Assembly (NCBI RefSeq): GCF_009914755.1 | Contig: NC_060939.1 | Strand: one strand, 5' to 3' | Length of the DNA stretch: 64,000 nt | Source: the human T2T-CHM13v2.0 reference genome, Homo sapiens | Shown: positions 1 through 14,824 of the stretch, piece after piece | How the letters are laid out: every line of letters begins with the position of its first letter | Numbering within the stretch: position 1 is the stretch's first letter | Position numbers and translations under genes: made by a program | Notes under the pieces: generated by a model | What the model was told of the DNA's origin: nothing | Databases searched by the model: none | The model's input: the letters and a program-made list of their open reading frames with translations, nothing else

Positions 1-362
1 GTAGGACTAAAGCCTACCCGACTCACAACTCCTTGGCTGCCTCCACCTCATTCATAGCCATTTAGTCTGCTATAGTCTGACCTCAATAGAGTTGACTGGC
101 CCAGGTGGAGACCTGGAGGGACTTGGATGCTGTGGCCATTTTCATATCTTTACACAAGAAGATAAGGCAGGAGTGCAAGAGAGAGCCTCCCAGCCCCTTT
201 GCTTCCCTTCAGTTCTCCTTTCCGGCAACCCTGGCAGCCTTGCTGTCTCCTGTTCGTGGGTTTAGGAGACACCACTTTGTCCTCGAAATAAAGAGTTCCC
301 TTTTCTACTTCAGCTTGCTCCAGTGTGTTTCTGTTGCTTACAACCACAGAACATCAAATACG
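1..362 (+). mobile_element. MLT1-family (ERVL-MaLR) LTR 3' part
   Basis: aataaa followed by gtttctgttgcttacaaccacagaacatcaaatac resembles the MLT1 3' end. Confidence 0.55.
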
Positions 363-539
363 AAGACAGTCATGAGGAATCAATGGGAATCACCTATATA
401 GAGCCTAGCTGAGTGTCTAGAACCTAGTGGGCATTCAGCAAATGCTGGTGGTCCTGGGAGCTGGGATTCTCTCTCGGGCTCCTCCACTCCCTTCTCTGGG
501 TCTGGGATGCTTTAGCTTTTGGCCAAATCCAGGTCTGCA

Positions 540-705
540 TCTAATGTGACCCTTCCCTCTGGGTGACCTGGGCTTACCCTCTCTCAGTTTCCTTATGAGA
601 CTAATAACCACCACCCTGAAGGGTTGCTCCGAAATTTGAACGCGATATTTACGTGTGAAAGAGCTAGCAGAGACCCAGCAGGCAGGTAGTAAGTGCTCGA
701 TACAC
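540..705 (+). mobile_element. MIR SINE remnant
   Basis: gtgacctgggc...ctctcagtttcctt...taataaccaccacc...ggtagtaagtgctc MIR core. Confidence 0.6.
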
Positions 706-1509
706 GGTTTTCCGCAATTCTGATTCTCACATTTTTCTGCCATCATAAACCTCATTATTTCTGCCCTATTTTGCTCACAAGCACTTTTATTTTTCTTCCT
801 ACAGATAAGTCACCTTGCTCACTTCTTCAACAAAGTTAACTGCCACACGTGTCAAAAGGCTCCTCCTCACCCGCACTAGAGCTGTTATTTAGCTACGGAG
901 GCAATCACCGAGTCTCAACTTGCCGCAGTGTTTAATCAACATGTTTGCTCATAAGCTGCCATCATCCCTGGGAGACGTTACGTAACTTTTGGTCTTTTAA
1001 CTCTGGGCATTCGAGTCAATTCCCAGTCAGGGACATGGAGGAACGAAGAGTTGAATAAAACTTGCTGGCAAAGAGACTAATTGCAGCAGTGCTGACCCTT
1101 AGCAGGCTCATGACAGGGGGGCCTGGAAGCCATTCAGGGCAGCACCTGGCCTTTGACCAGCTAAGCCAGGCTTGGGGAAGCCACCTTTCCCCTCAAAGGC
1201 CAGTCCCAAAGCCATCCAGCCCCCTGCCCCGGGGCCGCCATGACTGTCCTTTGCAAAGGCCCCTGGGTCTGGGCTGATGTCAACTGTTCTCCACGAACGA
1301 TCCAGGAAAGGCACAGACAGTCCCCAGAATGCTGACCAGGCCAACCACCTCTGGAGGCAGCAGCGGCCAGAACTCCATCTGTTTGGACACTTATGTCCGG
1401 CCTAGCATGAGAGCTGGGGGGCCGGGGAGGGACGCTCCCACTGCAGGGGAGAAGGGGACACCAGCCAAGGCTGCCCTTGCAAAGCCAGCTGCAGAAGAAG
1501 CTGGAATCA

Positions 1510-1770
1510 CACATTCGTCCTCTGTGACTGGCTTATGTCATTCAGCATAATGTGCTCATGTTTCATCAGTGTTGGACCATGTGTCAGAATTTCCTTCCTT
1601 TTTAAGGCTGACTAATCTTCCGTTATCTGCACATCTCACATTTTGTTTATTCATTCATCTATTTATGGACACGTGGATTACTCCCACTGCTTGGCTGCTG
1701 GGAATAATGCTGCTGTGTACAAATATCTGCTCGTGTCCCTGCTTTCAATTCTTTTGGGTATATATCCACC
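1510..1770 (-). mobile_element. L1M (L1MB/MC-type) 3' fragment
   Basis: gactggcttatgtcattcagcataatg...ttccttcctttttaaggctga...ttcaattcttttgggtatat is antisense L1 3' end text. Confidence 0.7.
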
Positions 1771-1771
1771 T

Positions 1772-1947
1772 ACCGTTTTTTGATAAATTTTCTTGGAACA
1801 TAGCCACACCCACCCTTTCCCTACTGTTCATGGCTGCCTTCCTACTACAATAGCAGAGCTGAGTGGTTGCAACAGAGACCCTAGAGCCCACGAGGATCAA
1901 AGAGTTCATATGTGAACTCTGAAACAGAAAAGGCTGCCAGCCTGTGA
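1772..1947 (-). mobile_element. MER58A (hAT-Charlie) partial
   Basis: ggaacatagccacaccc...atggctgccttc...gagtggttgcaacagagacc...acagaaaaggctgccagcctgtg resembles MER58. Confidence 0.7.
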
Positions 1948-4189
1948 TGTACAGCATTTGCTGCTGAGAGTATCAGGGGAGTTCACCAAAGTCTCTGATG
2001 TCAAGCAAGGGTTCTCTAGGGCTGGGAAGTGGCGGTCCATACACGGAGTGACTCAAACACAGGTGCGGCTGCAAGCCTAGACCTTCAGCATCTCATTGAG
2101 TCTCTGAGACGTGCTTTTTCCATAAACCTTGTCAGATGCTCCAAGAGGCCCCGTCCTTCTGTCTGACTCATGTGGTCCTGCCCTCTGCCCTCCCTTTGCA
2201 ACATCAGGCACCAGGTCAGGAGTGTGAGGTTTTCATCACGGGCAAAACCAGTGAGAGAATCAAAGGTGACACAGCAGGAGGCAGGAGCAGCTGCCCAGGA
2301 ACACAGGCCCATTGAAAGTCTCGTCGGCCCGGATGATGCTGCGTTTATGATACAGCCATTGCTGTCTCTCGTCCTCCCCACCCACCTAAGCCCTTCTAGG
2401 CTTCTCATCTGACCTACCACAGCAGGGTCCACCCCAGGTACGAGGAGGTTCTGCCCCTCCCCAGTGAGGGAGGCTGTTCCTTCACATCTCTGGGTGCCTT
2501 CATGGGGAAGGGGGACAGGATGCCAGGCTGTGAGGCCCCCAGGCTCACGCAGGGTCACCTGTGGGGATGTGGCCACTGGCCTGGTTGAACATGAAGGACA
2601 CCTGGCTGCCCTCTGGCCCTGACTCACAGATTAGGGTGTGACAAGGACCCACAGAGATGTCCCCATTTCACAGATGAGTATACTGAGGCCCAGGGAGGTT
2701 AAGACTATGTCACACTGTGGGGCTCCCAGTTCCTAAACCAGCAGCCTCCCCATTCTGCTCACAGACAAGCAGGTGACAAAATTTGATACTAAATGACATA
2801 CAGATACACGAGTAGGGTTTAAGATGACTGCCACACTTTTAGGACCTCTTCAGGGTCAAATGGACAGCGGTGGACTCAGGAAGGGGGCGGCCTAAAGACA
2901 AAATTCCAAATAATCTTCCAGGTAAAGTGAGGTTCTTTTTTTATGTGGCATTTGCCCTGATGGCAGGTGTTCCTCCCTGCTCAGCAGCCTGGACGTCCTG
3001 GGTGGCTGCTGCTTGGCTGTGGCCTCGGACGGTGTCCACACCAGGCGCTGGCTCTGCTCCCGTGCTCACAGCTCATCGACTACGCACCGCTTCTCCAGCC
3101 GGTGCCTGAGCAGCCCGCCTTTAGAATCAGGAGCGGTGGCTTCCACGGACTGCCGCTATCGGAGGGCCCTGGCAGCCTCCTCCTCCTTCCCTCGATTATA
3201 GAAGGGAGGCGCTGCCTCCACCATCCCAGGCTGCGTCCCAGTCCTGCTCAGCCCCGTGTCCTCCCCTGACCTCCATCTGCTCTTCATCAATGAATCTGAC
3301 TGCTAGTCCACAAGGCATTGTCTTTGTAATGTCATAACATGAAATTTAAATACGTTCTTGTTCTCTTTGGTGCCCGTGGTATCTTCACAATGAATTAATT
3401 AGAGCCCGTCTCATGCACCATTCAAGAAAATAAACAATTTGCTGAATACAGGGTGCTCATGTTTCTTTACTCAACGTTGATAGGCGATTATATGCATTAC
3501 TTGATCAAACTGATAACATCATTAGAACATCATTACAAACCTTGCTAAATGTTCTTGACCAGAACACTGGAAGGAATGAGATCAAAGAACTCACAGTGAA
3601 GAGAGTTTAATGTAGTGTAATCCTCTTTAACAAGATGCTCTGACATTTAAAAAAATATAGGTAATATGTGCACATGATACAAAACATGGAAGGTACAAAA
3701 GGGTACAGAGTTAGTGGGGAACAGCAATTCCCCCTCCTTCACCTGTCCCCCAGCCAGGGATCCTCACTATTACCGAGTGCCCCTGGCTCATTACAACAGC
3801 TGACGCTTGCTGGGCACATGCCCCATTCCAGGCAGCAAGCTTGGAGTTCAGATGAATTAATAAGCTTCATTTTCATAACAACTGTAGGGAGTAGATGTTA
3901 TGACCATCCTCATCTGACTGATGGGGAAACTGAGGCACAGAGCAGTGAAACTGTTCAAGATTCATTTAGTCAATGAACAGTCAGGATTCTTCACCGTTGA
4001 ACCTTCTGCCTCTCGGCATGGTTAAGATTGTTAGTTACCATGGGGAATTTCAGGCACCTTGGTCCTTGTCCTTTGCGGCAGGTTCTTTCCCAGAGAACCA
4101 GTACCCTCAGCATGTGTGCACTTTCCTTCATTTCAATAAGGAAATCATGGGAGGCCTATATTATGTTTCAGGTACATATTATTCCATTA

Positions 4190-4735
4190 TGTCTGTATAC
4201 GAGTGTGTGTGCATATGTGTGGATGTATAGAATGTGTGAGTGTTGTATACACGTGTATATACGTATGCCGGTGTGTGTGTGTGCATATGTATATGGATGT
4301 GCAAGTGTTTGTATACAGATGTATATATATGTATACAGTCATGCCTTGGCATCCGTGGGGGGCTGGTTCCAGGCCACCCTGCAGATGCCAAAATCCACAG
4401 ATGCTCAAGTCCCTGATATAAAATGGCATCATATTTGCATACAACCTACACACATCCTCCAATACTTTAAATCATCTTTAGACTACTTATAATACCTAAT
4501 ACAATGTAAATGCTGTGGAAATAGTTGTTATACCATATTGTTTAAGGAAAAATGACAAGAAAATAGTTTCTACATCCACCATACATTTTTTTTTCATGTT
4601 TTTGACCTGAGGTTGGTTGAATGTGTAGATGTGGAACCCGTGGATAAAGACAGCCAACTGCATATGTATTCAGGCGTGTGTGTGTATCTGTGCATATACA
4701 CGTGTATATACATATCCAGGTGTGTGTGTTTATGT
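4190..4735. repeat. Degenerate (TG)/(TA) microsatellite interrupted by MER2
   Basis: Alternating purine-pyrimidine tracts on both sides of the MER2. Confidence 0.8.
4336..4660 (+). mobile_element. MER2 (TcMar-Tigger) DNA transposon
   Basis: cagtcatgccttggcatccgtggggg...gatgctcaagtccctgatataaaatggc...gaacccgtggataaagacagccaactg; terminal CAGT...ACTG preceded by TA. Confidence 0.85.
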
Positions 4736-7700
4736 AAGGTTCATAAACAAATGACTCTGAAACATACCAGGTAGGTCCTTGGTTTTCCCACAGTTCTCAC
4801 ATCCGAGTGAGCCTCCTGGGGCCACTGCTGGGTTGCCCTAACTCAGAACTCCAGATCTATGGCTCGCCACCTTCGTACATGTCAGCTTCACCTGAGTAGC
4901 TTGAGCAACCCCATGTGGGTGGGGGCTTGGCCCCAGATGGACGTTCTGGTTCCAGAGGTCTGAACAGCCACTGGGGAGGTGGGTTCTGAAATCCTCTGCG
5001 GGAGAAGCTGAGCTGTATCCAGGAACTGCATGAGATACCGAGAAGACAGGCCCAGAAGGCTGTTTCTTCATTTCCTGCCAACCAATCCTGGGTCCTTCCA
5101 GGCTCAGCTCAGCATCATCTCCTCTGGGGAGCCTCTCCCGCCTAAGGGGGTCCCAAGCACGTGGCCCCATAATGGCTGAGTCCTCCAGGGGCTGGGCCGG
5201 ATCTGCACCATCTTTATCCACTGGCTCCTGGCAGGACCCCTAGGTCAGCACATAACTTCCACCACGCCAGAGCAGCATCAACAACACTGCACCCTCGCCA
5301 TCCTGCACCCCAAACCTCTCCTCCTGAGGCGTTCCTTGTCTTGGTAAAAGCCACCACCAAACCTTCCCAAAGGGGGCTCTTAATGGCTCCCAAACCCGCT
5401 CCCCTCATCGCACCAGCCCTAGTGCAGGCAGCCCCACCCCTCTGCTTGGACCCTCGCTGGCCTCTTAGTCTCTCCCGTACCACCGCACTGACACTCCCAC
5501 CCTGACTCCTCCTTGTCTCGGAGAATACACGACCAGCCAGGACCCCTCTCCAGCCACAGGCCTGGCCCTGCCCACACTGCCCTCTGTCATCCAGTGTAAG
5601 GGGCCCTGCCCTCACACACCGTTTCACACCCCTGTGCTCGCTCAAGTCCCCTCAACTCCTACTCTGCTTTTAACCATCCCCTCGGCTGTCACTGACTCCA
5701 GGAAGCCCTCTCAGGCCTCCCAGGCCCTGTATGCCCAGACATGGCTATGACACCCTTTGTCCTCCCTCCCTCCACCATAAGCCTTCAAGGGCAGGAGCTA
5801 TGTTGTCTGTCAATTCTCAGGGCCTGGCTGTGTCTGGAACACAGAGGAGCTTGAAATCTGCCTGATGAAATGAACAGACTTCTGTCTCCAAATGACATTG
5901 GGAGGATACACAGGTCTCCCCCCATCCCATCTGTGTCCAGCTGTCCAGTGAGGCCCCGCATCCAGAGGTGGGGTGAGCATGCCCCCAGTGCCTTCTGGCC
6001 CGGGCTCTGCTGTCCTGTCTTTGAGCTCTCTCTCAGTCCCCGTCCCAGGACAGCTGTGAGGTCGGGAGGAGGCTATGGAGCCAGGCAGACCACCTCCCGG
6101 CTGTATGGTCTGGGCAAGACCCCCACTGGCCTCTCTGGTCTGAGGACTTGAGGCAGGCAAGGCCTGGCCGGGCACTCCCTTCCACTGGCCAGTGCCCTTC
6201 ATTCATGGCACGCACCAGCCATGAGAAGAACTCTCGGGCGCAGGTGTGGACAAGCAGAAGCGGCTTGCAGGGCCACACAAGGGAGGGGTAGGAACCCTCA
6301 CGAGGGGAAAGGCCTGGCTTGGGGTTTACAGAAAGGGCCTCCCCCATCATGTCGTTTCTTTAAATGTGAATGTAGCTGGCTTCAAACAAAATCTCAGTGG
6401 GCGCTGCCAGCTCGGGTTCACTCTGCCAGAAAAGACTAAATGTTTTTTGAAGATCCTGAGGAATGGAGGAGGAAAGCCCAATCTACTTTACATGTTTAAT
6501 TTGCAGCAAAGTCACCGAGAAGCACGCCGAATCTACCCCAAATGACATCAAATAGTTCCAAAGGTCCACCCGCCCACTCAGCTCTCCAATGGACGTGACT
6601 GCAGACACAGGTGCAGTTCGTAGCCCTCGAGCAGGCTGCGTTGTTGGTGGGGGTGGGTCGGCTAAGCGCATACTTTGGTAAGTCTGCAAAATCCCCACCC
6701 CACCTCCCCAGGCCAGCCCAGCCAAACCCTTCCACACGGGAACAGCTGATAAGCAGCCACAGAATGTCTCAATTCAAGGCCTCAGTGATGAATGGACTGC
6801 AGATGAGGCTTCTGACTTTGCAAAAAAAAACTGTACTTTATCACTCCCAAAGCCTGCCCTTGGCTGGAAACAGATGTTCCAAACCCCGTCCGCTCCGCAG
6901 CTGCAGCGTGCCTGCTTCCGGAGCCGCTTGTCTGTCTTCAGGGCCGGCATCTGCCGAGGGCCTTGGCTTTCTGGGAAGAGTCTATGTCTAAAAGTCATGG
7001 TCGTCCGAGTTCAGTTATATAATGTTATTGATCCCGGTTGGTTTGCTTAAGAAAAACACAACTAATTAGACTCTATAAAAACCTACACACCAAATTAATT
7101 CTGTATTGCTCTAGTGACTTCCGCCTGAAAAAAACGTTATAAATATAGATGACCACTGGACCTATATTTAGCCAGCACTGGATTACCTGGTATTTATAAT
7201 TAAGGAAGTCCAGAAAGAGAGAGAGAGAATGGACATTTTGTTGTTATTTCTTAAAGCATTTTTTAAAAACTGCTTCCCATTTCAGTCACATATACACATA
7301 GCAACATTCTGTTATTGCAATAATTACAATCCTGACCCAAGTTAAGATGATTGCACAATTTCCCAGTCTCCTAAAATTACTTTCTTCAACACATATCCAC
7401 CCAAACTATGCAATTAAGCTGTTCAACATCCTAAAAATTCCTGAGAAATCATTAATTCTTACTTAGCAAACTTCATTTTTCTCTTCCCTTAAGTCGCCAA
7501 ACCAAATGGTCCGGCTTCGGATGAGAACGTTTAATTTCTACATGTGGTCTCGGCCTATATTTTCAAGGTCTACAAAAAGCTACCTGAAAAAACTACAATC
7601 CTGACTTTGAAGATCTCCATTTTAAATCATTTCCTGGTTGCAGGTTTCTTTACGGCTGTCTGGAATTAGTTGTTTTACCGGATTCCTAAATCCAATGCCT

Positions 7701-9519
7701 CTTGAGTATTCATTTTTGTTTTGTTTTGTTTTAATTTTAAGATAAGCTGTAAAACTCTTCTTTTTCCTGAAAAATTCCAGTCTAAAGTCATCATATGGGG
7801 AAGAACATGGTGTGTGTGGGGTGGGAAGATCCGGGGTGGCCCAGAACAAGGCACTGCTGCAACTCAGAAGGTGAGGAGGGCGCTCACATGGGGGAACGTG
7901 GAATCGAGCCCGTGGGGCTACGGGTGGGAACAGGCTACTCCAGATGTCAGTCCAGGCAGATAACCAGGCTGCCCACTCAGGGAAAGTGAAGACACAGGAC
8001 ATGGCAGATTGGTTACCCACAGAGCACAGATGGAACATGTTACTACATTAGGGGCCCTTACAACTGATAAAGACCGGTGGTAATTCCCCGGTGTCCATGG
8101 CTGTGCTGCACGGCTCTGCAGACACAGTCCTTGTTTATGCAAAGGACACACTGGAGCACTGGGGCTGGCGGGGCCGGGGTCACCAGGTTCTCTGCGCTGG
8201 GTCAGTTGAGCTTTGCCCTGTGCATTCAATTTTTCTGTAAGTTTGTGATTGTTTCAAAAAATTGTAAAAGAAATTTTTAATTGTAATAAAACAAGGTAAC
8301 CAGACCTTTTAGCCCCTTTCCCAAATAAAGCTTAAAGAATGTATGGTCTAAACTGAAGACAAAACTCTTTCTCTAACCCCATGCTGAGAAGCGGCGACAG
8401 ACTGCTTCTCAGAGCTGCCCCATTCCTTCCTCCCATCAAAGGAGGGCCCGTGGGATCCAGGAATTATTTTGTAAAAGAGACAGAAAATGAGGTGTATTTC
8501 AAGGGCAGGTGACCTCTGGGGTAGGGAGGCTGCTTGAGGCCTGGCCCTGCCCCATGTGCCCAGGGCCCATACCTCACCCCCAGGCAGAGCACACGCCCCT
8601 GCTCCCCGCAGGCTGCCCCTGTGCAGCTGATGTGTTAGTGGGAATGGATTTGAGCCACATCTCCCTGCTGCTCGCTAACTTCCCTGTGCCATGTTTGGCC
8701 TCTCTAGTTGGGTGAGGTACCCCCGATGCCCACAGGGCCCAGCCTGGGACCCCATGTCAGGGAGGAGGTGAGCCTGCGGAGGCTCCAGGAACCCAGAACT
8801 GCGAGATCTCCTGAACTCTTCCAGAGAAGCCAGCATTTGGATCCGACATGCGCTCTCCCGAGTTTTTAATAATGGCAACTCATTGTACATGTTACCACCA
8901 CTGTGTAGCCTGCCTAACACATGCCTGCAGGCTACAGGCAGCCTGTCGCCTGGAAAGTGGGGATCGAGACATTTGGTTGAGACTTTCCCAACTTGAGGAG
9001 GCCCACTGTTTACTTTTTTCTTTCTGAGTATGCGAGAAGTAGGGGGTGCCTTATCCTCAAGAAAGTCTCATCTAGAGAATTTGCCAGGGGAGAGAGGCTC
9101 CGGTACGAGTCCAGGTCTACTCTCAGCATAGGGCAGCTCTGCTCGTGAAGAGTGGACTGTGTCTGTGACCTTGAGCACCAAAGGCTGTGCACAGCACACC
9201 TGGGCACGCTGCTTACATCATGGATCAGAGAACAAACTACACTGAGCACCCAAGGCAGTCAGGGGGAGCCCGTCTGGCTCCTGCCAGGCCCCCTCCTGGA
9301 CTCCCCAGAAAGAAGGGTCAGTGCTGGGCTGCAGCTCATGGCTACTTGGCCAAGGGAGGTCATGTTGGAGGAGGCTACAAGGTTTTTAAAAATAAGATTT
9401 TGTCTTTATGAAAGACATGTTGGAAATTCACATTTTAATACCTAAAACACCATCACTTGAGAGCAAGTTATCCCAAGGGAAATCAAAAGGAATTCTAGAA
9501 AAATTAATCTTCAAATTTT

Positions 9520-10412
<893 letters not shown>

Positions 10413-12155
10413 CAAACAAACAAACAAACAAAAAACTCTCCTCTGCATTCTGTCCCCACCTTTCCCACCTCTCTTGTGTCACTCAGGATGCTGGGACTAT
10501 GGCTCCAGTGTACCAGCAGCATCTGGAGGCCTGAGAGGGAGAAGGCATAGCCGACCCCAAGGCACAGCCAAGCACGGCAGTGCTGCCCAGCTGTTATTAT
10601 TAACAGCTCTTAGCTCCGGAAAGCGCTTCCCATCCTTGGCCCCTCTCTATTGTGTGGTTTCCCTTAAAGGGAACAAGGACACAGGAAGGAGGTGGCAATC
10701 ATCTCAGGGACGGCCAGAGTCACCTGACCGGGACTGACAGTCATGGGTGGTGAGAGTGTCAGCCAAACACCATGCAAGCTCAGCTTCCTTTTATCCTGGA
10801 GCCTATCCCAAATGATGGCTTCAAAGGCCTGCTGACCAGGTGGCACAGTGACCAAGCTCCTATGCTGCTGGCCTTGTGACAGCTTGCCCTGCTGAGGTCG
10901 GCAGCTCCCAGTGCATGAAGATACAGAAAGCTTTCATCCAGCTGCATCAATGCCCCAACTCAATCACACCAATTAAAACCAGGCACAGAGAAACATGCAC
11001 TGTCATTCTGCTTCTGTGACTCAACCCCACGCTGGTAATTAAAAATGAAGAAGCTACTGATGAGGCAGCTGTCATGACTTCACCAAAATACAACTGAGGG
11101 ACATCCTTTCCCGGTTGCAAAGCATATCTTGGCTTGTAAACTAAAAATAGACTTTGTGCAATTTTCATATGGCTCTTTAAAAATGGCATTTGGGATTTCT
11201 CCGGCAAGCTGTATGCTAAGAAGTCAGGGGACCAGGTCCCAGCCCATCTCTGCACCCTTGCTGGCCACAGTTTCTACTCTATCGGGGAGGCACTACATTG
11301 CCTTTTCTCTCCATCCCATTTGCACTAACATCTGTGGCTTATGGAATATTTGCCAATAAATGATTTCAACAGAACTTGCATACTCAAAGTAAAACTTCAG
11401 CAGCACTAATTTACAGATGAGAAGTAATTGCTTGGAAGGAGGGTAAGAGAAGACAGATCATCCTACTCCAGGGATGGAAGGACGGATGGTCCCCTCCACG
11501 TGCTGATTCACGTAACAGCAGCTTATCAACAGGGACTTGGTGAAGACCCACCCACAGTGACGAGACTCTGTGCAGTCACCGTCTGTGCGTTTATCAATAG
11601 TGACGCCCACCCTGACTCCTGGGCTGCTCCAACCGTTCCTTCCTCTTCTGTCTGGAACCCTTGTCCTTGTTTTCTCAAGCCACTGCAGGTCTCCAGAGGC
11701 GTCTGTCCATTCCCTCATTCCTTCCCTCAACAAATATCTGGGCAGCTGCTCGAGCCAGGTATTTTAGACATGAGGGACCCAGAAGGGCCCACATGGGCCC
11801 AGGGCCTGGATCCAGGGGAGAGGCTGACAGGAGCGAGCATGACACAGCAAGATGAAGGAGGCACATAGGAAACCGCTTTGCCTACCGGGCTCTCAGAGGG
11901 CATAACAAGGAACGGCAATCTGCCAGATGCACCCCTGGATAAAAACAGGGACCCACATTCTTAGAAGCTGGAGTCCTAGCAGTGGAGGGAACATCTTCTC
12001 TACTCGTCTTTCGAGGCAAGATGGAGCCGGGGAGAGAAAGGGGGAATACACAAGGTGAGGGTCAAAGGGAGGCAAGGAGGTAGCAATGAAGGGACCCCAG
12101 GCCTTGCCTTGCATGACCAAGGACACTCCAGAGGGAGTATCAAGATCTCAGCTTG

Positions 12156-12472
12156 GGCTGGGCACAGTGGCTCATGCCTGTAATCCCAGCACTTTGGGAG
12201 GCCAAGCAGATCACCTGGGGTCGGGATTTCGAGACTAGCCTGGCCAACATGGTGAAACCCCGTCTCTACCAAAAATATAAAAAATTAGCTGGGTGTGGTG
12301 GTGCACACCTGTAATCCCAGCTACTTGGGAGGCTGAGGCAGGAGAATCACTTGAACCAGGAGGCGGAGGTTGCAGTGAGCCAAGATCGTGCCACCGCACT
12401 CCAGCCTGAGCAACAGAGTGAGATTCCATCTCAAAAATAAATAAATAAATAAAAATAAATAAATAAATAAAA
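12156..12472 (+). mobile_element. AluS with (AAAT)n tail
   Basis: Dimeric Alu; imperfect TSD aagatctcagct / aaaatctcaact. Confidence 0.93.
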
Positions 12473-13671
12473 ATCTCAACTCAGCAGTTGAGGTCTTGGG
12501 CCTTGGAGCCAAGGACTACCCAGATCTGAATCCCAACTCCTCTGTTTAAGTGAAAAGGATCTCTGAGCAAGTTCCTAAATTTCTCTTCAGCTTCCCTTTC
12601 CATGCATTGGGATTAGCAGCATTTCCTTGCCCAAGGTTTCTAGGGGGATAAATGAGGCGTGATGCATATGGAATGCTCGGCTCACGGCCTGGCACACAGA
12701 GAGCAGCCCCAGCCTCCCAGGGCGCAGGCTGGTCAGCTGGGTTTTTTCATAGTATTTCTTAAAGAAAAGAACAAGGATGCAGCTCCCTTTGTGGGGGGAA
12801 GTGCATTGCAATAAAGCTAGTTGCAAAGTTAGAGAAATCCCATTTGCCCTTTGATTTCAATTCTTAAAAATATATAGAGTGCTTCTTTATCAGTGGCCCC
12901 TGTGGGGAAGATAATCCCACCTAGACGGAGCCATACAGGGCCAAGGTGAACAGTACAGGGTGCAGGGCAGAGGGGAGCCGAGGAGCTGTGCCGGGGACAG
13001 CCCACACACAGGCAGCCCTGGCCACCCCTCTGGGTGTGCAATACCATTCGTGTCTGGCAATCCATTTTCTTGAAACTAACTTATTTCTTATCCATAAAAT
13101 GAGCCTGCGCTATCTGTCCAATTCCAGACTGAAACATTTTTTAAGTCCAAAACTTCTGATTTTGTAAAACACATTCTGGCCTTATGTCATCTCTTATGCT
13201 CACATTCCATCTGATGTTTGCTTACCCCCTACCAGCGCTGACATCTGGTGTCTGCAATACCCTCACAGATGGTTGCCCGTGGTACGTCCCTCCAGAGGTG
13301 GAGCTGGGTCCAGCCACGTTTTAGGTGGCTTGCAACAACATGGTCAGACACATTCGTCCTGCTCTCTCAGAGGTCTCCATGGCTGTTCTACTCATGCTGG
13401 GCTATCAGGCAAGACACAGTAAAGACCTATGTGACTGCCATGTGCACTATCTCAGCAAACAACCAGCAAGTTCACCCAACTATTTCTAGGTTGGTGGGCA
13501 CAGGTCGTGGTGATAGGGACGTGAAACCCAACTCCAGTGCTGTGTGTTCGCTTTGCCCCAGTGGGTTTGAGTCTCTGCAGCAGACAGCGCACATGTTGAA
13601 AGGGGTTTCCGCAAGGCTTTGAGCTGAGGCATAAACCCAAATGCCGTAGAGACCCGAGCTGGGCAATGTGG

Positions 13672-13726
13672 CCCGGGCTATACACAGTCACTGGACCCCC
13701 GGGCTGTACACAGTCACTGGACCCCC
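13672..13726. repeat. 26-bp tandem duplication
   Basis: cccgggct(a/g)tacacagtcactggacc x2. Confidence 0.85.
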
Positions 13727-14693
13727 ACAGGACCCGGCTTCTTAGGAGGGCCCTTGGTACAGACTCCAGCAAGGCTCCTGACTGTTGTTTGCTCACCATT
13801 TACAGACCATCGTCTGTCTCCAGGGACTGTGCCTCACTCTCCCTTTCACCATGTGTATCTTCTCCAGCGCAAACAGACCCCAGCACCCGAAGCGCGACTG
13901 ACGGTCCCAAAGGCTCCACATACCCAGCAGATTGGCTCCTCGCTCCTTCCGAAGACTCCCACTCTGCTCTGTTTCTCCCCAGCGGCAACCACAGACACAA
14001 ACTCTGTCAATCATTCACGCTCTCTGCGACGCGTCTAATTACTCACAATGCCACCTCTCTAACCTCTTTCTTGAATCCAGGCTAAATTTAGCAGTTTTGG
14101 GTATACCTCTGTCAGCTTCTACCTAATTCCTTCACATCCATCTCACTTGGAAAAAACAAACTGCCTTCCATTTCATTTAACCACCCCGACATCCCGCAAG
14201 CATGCTGGATGGGCCTGGATTTTACTACTGACAGCTGTAGGACTGTGGTTCACGAGCCACGTGTTCAGAGAGAAGTGGCGTGTGTGTAGCTTCTCTCAGC
14301 CAAGGGAGAAAGGCTTCCGGACAGAAGAGAAACCCTCTCCAGGCCACCTCTCCTCTCCCAGCCTCACTGCTAGCTCCGCCCACTGAGCCCTTGGGAATCC
14401 CTATTATATACAAACATCTATTTTGAAGCCAAAACAAGGGAGAAACTCCTCTGCACCTTTGGTGCTTCCTCACACACCCTTGGCTTAGCTGAAAGCCCCT
14501 ACGTGCCTGCACAGGGAATCATGTGTGTGCTGGCTTCCTCCATCCTGTTGCCCAGCTGTAAGTGTCCAGGCTCTCCCTTTTACTTCCTAGAAACATCCTG
14601 GTTGCACAATAAATTCTGTGGCCACAGTAATCCTACCAGGAAAGGACAAATCCAGGCCCACCCAGTTCTCCCGGCTTGCTCCGCGTCTCCTCT

Positions 14694-14824
14694 CCCTAAG
14701 TCCACATCACCTGCTGCCACCATTCCCGTCCCCCCACCCTAAGTCCACACCACCCGCTGCCACCGTTCCCGTCCCCCCACCCTAAGTCCACACCACCAGC
14801 TGCCACCATTCCCGTCCCCCCCAC
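14694..14824. repeat. 43-bp minisatellite x3
   Basis: Units ccctaagtccaca(t/c)cacc.gctgccacc(a/g)ttcccgtcccccca start at 14694, 14737 and 14780. Confidence 0.9.
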
